From Anaeramoeba ignava BMAN (Eukaryota > Protista > Anaeramoebae), in contig JAPDFW010000085.1 of assembly GCA_028826165.1 (NCBI GenBank), positions 62,001 to 126,000 of the forward strand: 64,000 nt of DNA, read 5' to 3'. Each line of letters starts with the position of its first letter. Positions within the stretch are counted from its first letter, which is position 1. The notes under the pieces were generated by a model, which was given only the letters and a program-made list of their open reading frames with translations, made no database searches and had not been told where the DNA came from. Below are positions 26,601-38,900 of the stretch, piece by piece. The position numbers were made by a program, and so were the translations under genes.

Positions 26601-29600
26601 AGATGAATTCAAGAAAAAAATAATAATAATTTATTTTAATTTATTCAAAAATCCAGAAGAAAACAATTTATTACATACTTTATCAAATTCAAAAATTATT
26701 AAAATTCAAAAATATATTAAAGATATTTATCCTGAACTCCAAATGTATATGATAATGGAATTTAAGCGAATGATCAATAATGAAGAATATCTTAAATTTT
26801 TTAGATTAAATGGAGGATGGGAATTGTTCCTTTCAGATTATTTTATTCGAACAAATTTGAATTTTGATATTGTAAAAAAAAAAAAGCACTAAATATTATT
26901 TCAATTATAATAATACTTGAAAAAATTTTTTTTAAAAAAAAAATTAATTTAGTTTGAACAAAAATCAAAAGAGAAACTAGAAAAACAGAATGAAGATTTA
27001 CAAAAATTATTAATAGGCTTTATGTCAAATATTCTCATTAAATATCAAGATGATTTAGATTACAAAATTTTATTCACAAAAGTTTTTGAAAATGAGAAAA
27101 TACTTTCAGATATTATTTTATTAAACAAATTTTTGATAATGTTAATTGGAATTATTAAAAAAGAAATTTCAGAAAATTTTGCAAATAAACTAATGGAGAA
27201 TGATACAATTTTTGCACTTAAAAAAATAACATTCCAAATATTCCAAGAAAAAAATCGAAATAAAAAAGATGATATTCAAAAAACACTGATTTTGTGTTTT
27301 GAAATTGTGGATTTATTACTACAAAATGCATCTATTCAAGTTATCTTTAGACATGTAGAAATCATTCAATTTTTTGTTGATTCAATACATCAAAAGATTA
27401 CCCAAACAAAATTTATTTCCTATTTTTCAAATATTCTTGAAAAAACAAAAAATATAAATGGACAAGATGAAAAAAATTATGTTCATTATTTATTTCAAAA
27501 GTTATTTTTATTATGTCAAAAATACAATTCTTTCAAAAAAGAAGATTTCACAAAAATTGAATTTAATGATCTTGAGAAAATTTTTTCAAAATCTATTGAA
27601 TTAATTGCTAAAAACCGAAAATTTATTCAAGAATTCCTTTTAATGAAAAACACATTATCAGTTGTACAAGTATTATCAACTGATACAAATCCTGATACAA
27701 TTCTTCTCTTTTTATCAATGGTTAAGGAAGTTATTCTGAATAATGAAAATTTAGTAATCCAATTCCAAGAATCTATTCCTCCAAAAACGTTTGTTTCAAT
27801 TCTTTATAAATCTGAAAACAGAAAAACAACAAAAAGATTCCTTCCAATTTTGTTAGATTTGATGGTTAATAACGGGATATTTTCAATAGAAAACAATTAC
27901 ATTATAAGAAATGCAGATATGATACTTGTTATTTTGGATCTTTATTCCCAAAATATCAATCAAGCTAATAATGAAGAATATCACGAGCAAAATGAAAACA
28001 ATAACGAGCAAAATTTGGATCAAGAAGTTTGTTTTAACGAAGTTTTGAAAATATTTAATCAAATTTGTGACAAATCAACTCATAATATTTATTGTTGTTG
28101 TGAAAAAGGAGTGGTTTATTTTTTACTTAATTTACTTCATAAAATCAAAACTCAAGAATTATTCAATCAAACTATTGAAATGATTGGAAAACTTGGATCA
28201 TATAAAATTGTTGTTTCTGAATTAAAACATTATTTTTGGATTTTGGAAGAGCAATTAAGACATCAAAGAAAGGAAATAGCAAATCTTATGATAATAGAAT
28301 TGAGAAAAATGAATGATAAAAAGCATGAAAAGCCAAAAAATTTTTTTGACATGTATGATGAAAATTCCTATTTCCAACTTCCAATTTTGAAAAATCGGTT
28401 AATTTCCAAAAATTTCACTTTTTGTACTTGGTTCAGAATGGGTGATTTGAAATCTCGTTTATCAATTTCAAATAATGAAAATAATGAACAAGATTATGAA
28501 CCAAGAATATTTACTTTTCTAACTGAAAAATTAAAGGGAGTTGAATTATTTTTGAAATTTGATAATAACAGTGCTCGTTCAAATTCATTTGTTTATCAAA
28601 TTTATTTTGATGAATCTCAAAATCAAATTGAAAGTGAAATGGATAATGAAAAACAAAATGAAAATGAAAATGAAAATGAAAATAAAATTGAAAAAGAAAA
28701 TCAAATTGAAAAAGAAATTGAAAATCAAATTGAAAAAGAAAATCAAAAAGGAATAATTTATGAAGAATTTCCTGTTGAAATTAATTTAGGAGAATGGCAC
28801 TTTTTAGTTTTTACACAAGAAAATAAAGGAAAAAATTTAGGTATTGAAGTTTCAATTTATATTGATGGAGAAAAAGAATTATCGAAAACTCTTGAAATAA
28901 GGAGAAGAATAGGAAATGGTCAAAATTTTGTGAAAAATCGAATTGGTTCCAATTTTTTATTTATAAATGAAATTGAAAATTTAAATGAAAATCAAAATCA
29001 ATTAGAAAATCAATTAGAAAATGAAAATCAAAATCAAAATCAATTAGAAAATCAATTAGAAAATGAAAATCAAAATCAAAATCAATTAGAAAATCAATTA
29101 GAAAATCAATTAGAAAATCAAAAATCATTTTATGGTCAAATGACAACAATATATATCTTTCAAGAAGTTCTTAACCCAAATCAAATTAAAGCAATGCATA
29201 TTATTGGTCCAAATTACAAATCTTTTTTTTATCCAAATGAAGCTTTTCAATATTCGAATCATTGGCTAAAAAAAGAATTAGAAGAACTTTTTTATGGAAA
29301 TTTAACACAAAAAATGATACTTTCTCATAATCCAAAAGTAATGCAAGGCAACTTATGTTTAAATCAAAGCCAAGCAAAAATGATCAAAAAAAAATCAAAT
29401 AAAATTGAAGAAAAATCCAAAACATTTGGGATTTATCCATGTAGTTTATCCAGTGTTCAAGATATCATTCATTGCTTAGGAGGAACTCAAATATTTTTTC
29501 ATCTAATTCTTGAAATTGATGAATTGTTTGAACAAGAAAATTTAAACCAAACAAAAGAAAATAATGAAAATTCAAATGAAGTGATCACAAAATCACTTTT

Positions 29601-32600
29601 TGAGGAAATTTTAAGGATAATTACAGATATTTTGTTAAATAATTTGATTATAAGAGAAGAATTTCTCCAAAACAACGGATTTGCAATATTTAGCAATATT
29701 CTTAAAATAATTCATCCGAAATATTTTTCAAACCAAATCATATTCCTGATTAATACATTACAGCAAAATATATATGACAAAAAATTTCAAACTGAATTGA
29801 AAAACAGATTGATTTTTGATTATAAAATCTGGAATCGTTTGGATTTTGAAATACAGGAAAATTTGTTTAAGATTATAAATTCTTATATTGAAAAAAGAAA
29901 TCACCTTCTCAAACAGAGGAAAAAAACAGAAGTACAAATTTTAATTCAACAACCGATCACTGCAACAACAAAAAATCGAAAGAGTGAAAAGAAAAAATCA
30001 CAAAATATCATTGAAGAAATGATTATTTTTTCCACACAAAATTCACCATATATCACATTTTTTGATTTACTTATTTTCCTACATTCTTACGATTCATTGC
30101 TGGAAAATAAACAAAATCAGGATGAAATTGAACCACAAAAACAAATCAAAGTTTTATGTGCACAAATGTTTCCAATGTTTCGTGTATTTTTAAATGATAT
30201 GCCAACAAATCTGCAAACACAATCAATTAAATCTTTAATTTCAACATGTCTTTTACTCAAAACAGAATATTTTATTGAAAAAGTGCTTTCTTTAATTAAT
30301 AGATTTATATCAAAAAACTTTGAAGAAGCCTGGAAACAATTGTCTATTATTAACTATTTTATGCCATTTATTAAATTAATGGAAAAATCAAAATCCGCAA
30401 AAACAATTTTATTATCACTTAAAATAATATCTTACATAGATTTTTCTCTTAGCAAAAATATTGAAATTCTTAGTGAATTTGGAAATAAATTCAAAGTATA
30501 TAGTTTGAATAATCTTTATCATTGTATTCACAAAATATTAATTGAGAATATTGATAAAATTTCAACAAAAATTCTGGATATTCTTTTTCAAATGATGATT
30601 TGTGAATATAGAGGTAAAAAATTATCAACACTTTTCTCAAGTATTAAAAATCCATTTGTATTTAAAACTATTTGGGAAATACTCAGTCGAAAACCAAATT
30701 TGATTGAAAATCGAAATTTTACAAAGTTACTTAATTTAATCAAAGAAAATAACACAAATAAGAAACAAATATTATCTCAATTTGGATGGCAAAAATGGTT
30801 AATTTCTTTAATAAATTTAGCACAGAATCCACAAGAAGATGAAAATCAAAATATAAATGAAAATTTAAATCAAAATCAAAATCTAAATCTAAATCAAAAT
30901 CAAAATCAAAATCTAAATCTAAATCAAAATATAAATCAAAATTTAAATCAAAATCAAAATCAAAATTTAAATGAAAATCAAAATGAAAATTTAAAATGAA
31001 AATCAAAAAATAAATGATACAATTTTTGAAATTATTAATTTGTTGCTAATTTATTGCTTTCATAACTCTTCTTATAATTTCCCTGAAATATTTGAACAGC
31101 TTCTTTCATCAGTTTATTTAATTCATTTGGAAGAAAAAGAATTTATTTATAGAAAAATACAAAAAATATTGGATGATCTAATTGTTGATATTCTAAATAA
31201 TACAGAACCAAAAGACAAAAAATGGTTCAGTTCAGCATCAGTCAAAATGATAATTCAAAAAGATAATTTTTTCAACAACTTGTTTTATTTGATTAATGTA
31301 TTCAATGGAATTTTGTTTAATGTTTCAGAAAAAGGATTTGATATTTTCAAGCTCAAGAACAAACCATCTCAAATTATTCAAACAACAACTTCCAAATTTT
31401 TTCAGATTCAATATCAAAATGAAAGCAATATTAATTCAAACAAGAAATTAGACACAAAAAGACTCAAAATAATCCAAAAGCAAATCTATTTTTTGAATAA
31501 CCAAATCATCAAAAATATGATTGATATGTTAGCAAAATTTGAATTTTTTATTCAAAAAGGAATTCCGTTTAAAAAGAAAGACGAAAAAAGAAGAGCGTAT
31601 AAAATGATTCTCTTTTTAATTCTTCTCATAATACAAGAAACTGATGAGACTTTAACCAATTTTTTTCTTTTAAAATTAAGACAAATGATCAAATACCCGT
31701 TGAATTTTAAAAATTCATCAGTTCAAGATTCACAAGAACTTATTAAAATATGTTTTAGATTTATATTTTCTTATGTTTACAACCCAAAATCAAACAACAG
31801 AAACATTGTATTAAACTATTTACAAATGATGATACAAGACAATTATAATTTTTTATATGGATTATTTTCCAGTGAAAACAAAGAGCATTCCTTACTTCCT
31901 CGGAATAAAAAAATTTGTTTTATATTTCCTCAAAACCAAGATATTGAAAGCTTTGAACGAAACATTATGAAAGACAAATGGAAAACAGCTGTGTTTAAAG
32001 TTCTTTCTTCAATTACCCAAAATATAGAAAAAGATATCCAAGAAAATTGCAAAGAATTTCTGAAAATTCAATCCATTAATATATTCTTTTTGAAAAATGA
32101 ATTTCGAAAAGAGGCTTCGGATGTAAACAAGTTAATAGAGAAAAATTTCATCAAAATTGAAACTCAAATACAAACACTAATCACAATAGAAATGGAAAGA
32201 ATATTAAAATCACAAATAAATCAAGGCAAAAATCAAGTTTATTTCCAAGAATTTAAACAAATGATCAAAAATTCCATTTCGAAAAAGAATTCATTGGATT
32301 CAAAATCAAATATAAATATAAGCTCAAAACCAAATAATAATACAGAAAATCAAAAAAGGAATATTTATCTCAAAATTTCAGAAGTTGAAGATGAAATGAA
32401 AAGACAAAAGAGAGTGAAATTTTATTCAAAGGATTCACAAGAACAAAAAGAAGAGCAAAAGAAGCAAAAACCTAATTTGATAAAGTTAATTCAAACAATG
32501 CAAAAAAGTTCATTCCAAGTCACAGACAAATTGAAAGAAATTCAATATTTGAGAAAATACACACCTTTATTTGCAATACACTGTGAAATTGTTTCCAAAA

Positions 32601-35600
32601 AGAAAGTTATAAGTGGAAGACTTGAATTCAAAGAAAGTTCAATTAATTTTGTTTTTGATTTAAAGAAAGAAGAAAAGCAAAAGGAATATTTATGGCAAAT
32701 TGGAAAAATCAAATCAATTCATAAAAGAAGATATATCTTTCAACATTCAGCATTTGAAATATTTTTTGAAAATAATCGAAAATCTGTATTTTTTAATTTT
32801 TCAACAATGAAAGAAAGAAACGAAGTTTATGAGAAAATTCAAAAACACAAATTAGTGCATATTGATCAATCAAAATACAATTATTCAGGAAATAAACCAA
32901 CAAGATGGGTTCAGAAAAACCAAATGACAGAAAAATGGAAAGAAAGAAAAATCTCAAATTTTGAGTATCTTATGTATTTAAACACAATATCAGGAAGAAC
33001 ATATCAAGATCTTTCACAATATCCAATTTTCCCATGGATTATTTCAGATTATACCTCCAAAAAATTAGATTTTAATAACCCCAAAACATTTCGAGATTTA
33101 TCCAAGCCTATTGGATTATTACATAAGGGAAAAAAACCAATTTACATGTTAAATTATCAAGGAAGAGGAGAAGAGGAAATGATAAAATACAATTATCGCA
33201 ATCATTATTCCAAACCAGAAATTGTTTCATCTTATTTAATTCGATTAGAACCATTTACATCAATTTGTATCAAAGAAAATTATCCAGTATTCAAATCAAT
33301 TTCTGAGACATGGAAATTACTTCGAGAAGATAAAGATTATTCGAATGTTCGAGAACTTATTCCCGAATTTTTTCATTTGCCTGATTTTTTAAGGAAACCA
33401 AAAATATTCAAGCATTTTAATGAAAATCAAAATGAAAATTTTAATGAAAATCAAAATGAAAATTTAAATTTAAATGAAAATCAAAATCAAAATGAAAATT
33501 TTAATGAAAATCAAAATGAAAATTTAAATGAAAATGAAAATCAAAATGAAAATGAAAATATAAATCAAAATGAAAATCAAAATGAAAATTTAAATTTAAA
33601 TGAAAATCAAAATGAAAATCAAAATCAAAATGAAAATTTTAATGAAAATCAAAATGAAAATTTAAATGAAAATCAAAATGAAAATCAAAATCAAAATCAA
33701 AATCAAAATCAAAATCAAAATCAAAATCAAAATCAAAATCAAAATCAAAATCAAAATCAAATTCAAAATCAAAATCAAAATCAAAATCAAATTCAAAATG
33801 AAAATCAAAATCAAAATCAAAATCAAATTCAAAATTTAAATGAAAATCAAAATCAAAATCAAAATCAAAATCGAAATCAAAATCAAAATGAAAATCAAAA
33901 TCAAAATCAAAATCAAAATCAAAATCAAAATCAAAATCAATTAGAAAATCAAAATCAAATTCAAATTCAAAATGAAAATCAAAATCGAAATCAAAATTTA
34001 AATGAAATTCAAAATCAAAATCAAAATCAAAATCAAAATCAAAATCAAAATCAAAATTTAAATGAAATTCAAAATCAAAATCAAATTCAAAATGAAAATG
34101 AAAATCAAATTCAAATTCAAAATGAAAATGAAAATCAAAATCAAAATCAAAATCAAAATCAAAATCAAAATCAAAATCAAAATATAAATCAAAATCAAAA
34201 TGAAAATCAAAATCAAAATCAAAATCAAAATGAAAATGAAAATGAAAATCAAAATTTAAATGAAAATCAAAATCAAAATCAAAATCAAAATCAAAATCAA
34301 AATCAAAATCAAAATCAAAATCAAAATGAAAATCAAAATCAAATTCAAATTCAAAATCAAAATGAAAATTTAAATGCAAACTTGGTTTTAAAAGGAATTG
34401 AAGATGTACAACTTCCAAAATGGGCTAAAACAGCAGAAGAATTTATCAGAATTCATAAAGAGGCACTTGAATCAGAATATGTTTCAGAACATCTTAATGA
34501 ATGGATTGATTTAATATTTGGATACAAACAAAAAGGAAAAGAAGCAGAAAATGCGTATAATTTATTTCATCCAAGTTCATATGAAGAAAATGTTGATTTT
34601 TCAAAATTTGAAGAAAACATTTTAGAGCAAATGAGAAAAGAAATACAAACAGAAGGACAAGTTCCTATTCAATTATTTACAAAAGAACATCCTAAAAGAT
34701 TAACACACGAAGAAATTCAAAAAAAACAAAAATCTATGTTTTTCCCTTTAATTGAATGGAAAAATATCTTATTATCAACAAATGAATCTTTCAGTTTTAA
34801 AAGCTTTAAATTTAAAATTAGTTCGAATCCAATAATATTCACACATTTTTATCAAATGATGCGAAATATGTCAATAGCAGGAGATTATGATAAGATTATA
34901 ACACTTGATAAGGAAAGAGTGATTGGGGTTCATAGATGGGATTTGGTTAATTCGAATAATAAACACGCACAATTTAAGTTTACAGAAGATGAAAATTTAG
35001 AAGCAAAACAAAAAATCGGAGTTTCATTTTCACAAGATTTTAAAAATTTCCAAGGATTTTCTGCAAGTAATAAAAATTCCAATTATTTAATTTGTTGTGG
35101 ATTTTGTGATGATACTTTCAAAATATTTGAAGTGGAAAGTTCGAAAATAGTTCAAAGCATTTCGAGACACAAAGATATTGTAAATTGTTTATCGATTGAT
35201 TTGAAATATATTGTGACAGGATCAAAAGATACAACAGTAATTGTTTGGGAATTTGATTTAATAGAAGGAAAAATCGAAGAAAAACCAAAACATATTTTTT
35301 TTGAGCATGAAAAAGAAGTGAAAAGTGTTGCAATATCAGTTGAATATGATGTTATTTTAAGTGGATCTATTGATGGGAAATTAATGATTCATTCATTAAA
35401 TAAAGGAAAACTTATTCAAAGAATAGTATTATCAGATGAACAACCAATATCGATTATAAAAATAACAAAAGAAGGTGATATTCTTACTTTTTCTGAAAAC
35501 TTAAATAAATTGAGATTGTTTACAATTAATGGATGCTTGGTAAAAGAAGTCAAATGCTCACAAAATGTTTATTCTATTTCTGTTACTCAAGATTCTAATT

Positions 35601-35803
35601 TTATGGTTTTGGGAGGAGAAAAAGGAAATCTTGAAATTAGGAAATTGTTTGATTTAAAAAGAGTACAAAAATTTAATTTGGAACAAAAAATTTATTCAAT
35701 TTCAATTATTGAAGAAGGATATATTGTTGTTGGATTAGCAAATGGAGAATTAAATATTGGATTTTTTGAAAAAGAAGAGAAAATAAATCAAAATCAAAAT
35801 TGA
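23612..35803 (+). CDS. Large BEACH-domain protein (ConA-like, PH, BEACH, WD40; neurobeachin/LYST/Lvs family), multi-exon
   Basis: KWKERKISNFEYLMYLNTISGRTYQDLSQYPIFPWI, FRDLSKPIG, VRELIPEFF, HKEALESEYVSEHLNEWIDLIFGYKQ, C-terminal WD40s. Frameshifts in A-runs near 24710 and 30995. Confidence 0.92.
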
Positions 35804-35990
35804 ATTAAAATTGAATTAAAATTAAATCAAAATTGAATTATAATCAAAATTATAATCTAAATTGAATTAAAATTAAAAATTATAATTTAAATTATAATCA
35901 AAATTGAAAGCAAAAAAAAAAAGATCTTTTTTATTATTTTTTTTCATTTTTTCATTTTATTATTTTCGAAAATAATAAAAAACAAAATCA

Positions 35991-38900
35991 ATGTTAAAAG
36001 CAATTCCTTTTAAAGTTCAAAAAAAACACATTTTAACTTCAACAAGACTTCCAATTATCAGAGCATTTAGTCAAGGACTTAAATTAGAAAAAGAATATGA
36101 AAAAAATCAAACCTTTTATTTAAATGGAAAAAAAGTTATAATTGATAAAGAATCAGCTGATCCAACAAAAACACTTTTGGATTATCTTCGTGAAAAAGGG
36201 CTCACAGGAACAAAGTATGGATGTGGAGAAGGAGGATGTGGTGCGTGCACAGTCATGATTTCTTATTATGATTCACAAGAAAATCAAATTAAGTAAAAAA
36301 TTTAAATTAAATTAAGTAAAAAATTTTTAAATTAATTTTAAAAAAATTTTAACTTAAAAAATTTTAGAAACCGAGCTGTAAATTCTTGTCTTGTTCCTTT
36401 GCCATTTGTTAATCAAATGTCTGTTACAACTGTTGAAGGTTTAGGAACTACAAAAAATTTACATCCTGTTCAAGTAATTTTTATAAATTTATATTGAAAA
36501 ATTTAAATTGAAAAATTTTAATTAATTTTATATTAAAAAAATATAATAGGAAAGAATTGCAAAATTTCATGGATCTCAATGTAATTTTAATTTTAATTTT
36601 AATTTTAATCTTAATTTTAATTTTAATTTTGATTTTAATTTTGATTTTAATTTTAATTTTGATTTTAATCTTAATTTTAATTTTTTTTGGGGATATTTAA
36701 TTAAATAAGAAAATTTAAATTAAAAAAAATTAATAAACAAATCGGATAAAAATATAATTAAAAAAAAATAGGTGGATTTTGTACACCAGGATTTGTAATG
36801 AGTCTTCAAAGTACAATTCAATCACATATTACAGAAAAAAATGTAATTTTTAAATTAAATTTTTGAATTAAATTTTTAAATTAAATTTTTAAATTAAATT
36901 TTAAATTAAATTTTTAAATTAAATTTTAAATTAAATTTTTAAATTAAATTTTTAAATTAAATTTTTAAATTAGGGTCAATTACCAACAAAGAAATTACTT
37001 GAAAATTCATTTGATGGAAATCTCTGTAGATGCACAGGATATCGACCCATTTTAGATGCAGCTAAATCATTTGGAATTGATTTCGACATTAAAGACTCAC
37101 CAGTTCCATTTGACAAAATGAAGAAATTTGATCCAAAAAAACATCTAATTGAATTTCCTGAAGAATTAAAACAAAAACCAAAACCATTTGTTTCCAAATC
37201 AGAAAAACACACATGGTACCAACCAACAGAATTGAAAGACTTATTGAATATAAAAGCAGAATATCCAGAAGCAAAAATAATTGTTGGGAATTCTGAAGTT
37301 GGAGTCGAAACAAGAATGAAAAATTTGGAATACAAAGTCTCAATTTCCACATCAAAAATACCCGAATTGAGACAGTTTTCTGAGCTTGAAAAGGGAATAA
37401 GAATTGGCGCTTCACTTCCAATAACGGACATTATGGATAAATTGGAGATGATTATAAAGCAAAAAAAAGGTGAAAAATTTAAAACTCAAGGATTAAAAGA
37501 AATGATCAAAATCTTCGACATTTTCGCAAGCAGACAGATAAGAAATACAGCTTGTTTGGGAGGTAATATTGCCACAGCATCCCCACTTTCTGAAGGAAAC
37601 CCGTTACTTATTGCATTGAATGCGAAATTTGGATTGATCAACACAAAAGGAAAAAAAAGAGAAGTTTTTGCAAAAGATTTCTTCCTCAAAAAATATCGCC
37701 AAGTTGATATTAAACCTAACGAGATTCTTGTTTATATCGACGTGCCTTTCACAAAAAAGAATGAAATTTTCCGCGCGTTTAAACAATCAAGACGCAAAGA
37801 AGAAGATATTTGCATTGTCAACGGAATGTTCAGGATGGAAGTTGACCCAAATACAAATAAAATTAAGGACAGCTGCTTTGCATATGGCGGAGTTGCACCG
37901 TATACTGTACACGCAGAGAAGACATCTGAGGAAATTAACGGAATGGTTTTCAACCGCAATGCAATTGACAAGATCATCAACAAAATCTCGAACGAAATCA
38001 CAATTCGGGACAATTCTCCCGGCGGAATGGTTGATTATAGAAGAGCATTAATCAAGACATTATTTTACAAATTTGCGCTTTCTGTTCTTTATGAAATGGA
38101 TCCGAAAAGCGTGTCTAAGGGTGAATTGAGCACAATTATTGAAGAGGAAAAGCCTGAAATGAACGCGAAACAGAAATTCGATATTATGGAAGATATGTTT
38201 CCAATAACAGAACCTCAAGTGCACAAATCTGCAGAACTACAAACAACAGGCGAGGCACAATACACAGCAGATTTTGCTGTTCCGAATTGTCTCCATGCGG
38301 CGTTTGTCACTTCTATAAAGCCTCATGCGAAAATACTTTCAATCAATTCATCACAAGCAGAGCAAATTCCAGGATTTGTCTCTTTTGTCTCAGCAAAAGA
38401 CATCCCTAAACAAGGTTTCAACGGAATTGGCACAGTTTTTCCAGATGAAGAAGAAGTCTTCGCAACAAAAGAAGTTAATTGTGTTGGAGCAATACTTGGA
38501 TTAGTGGTTGCAGAAACACCTGAAATTGCGCGGAAAGCTGCGCGAAAAATTTCGGTTGAATATCAAGATCTTCCAACAACATTATCAATTGACGAGGCAA
38601 TTGAAAAAGAGAGTTTCTATCCATGGTGTCACAAGATAAACCGTGGAAATATCGAGGATGGATTTTTGAAAAGTGATTTTGTTGATGAAGGAGAGATCAC
38701 TTCTGGAGGTCAAGACCACTTTTATCTTGAAACTCATGCAGCAATTGCTATTCCGAAAGAAGAGGATGAAATTGAAGTCATTTCATCCACACAAAATCCC
38801 GCTCATACACAACATAATATCTCTGTTGTTCTTGGGATTCCTTCTCATAAAATTGTTTCCAGAGTGAAACGTCTTGGAGGTGGTTTTGGTGGAAAAGAGA

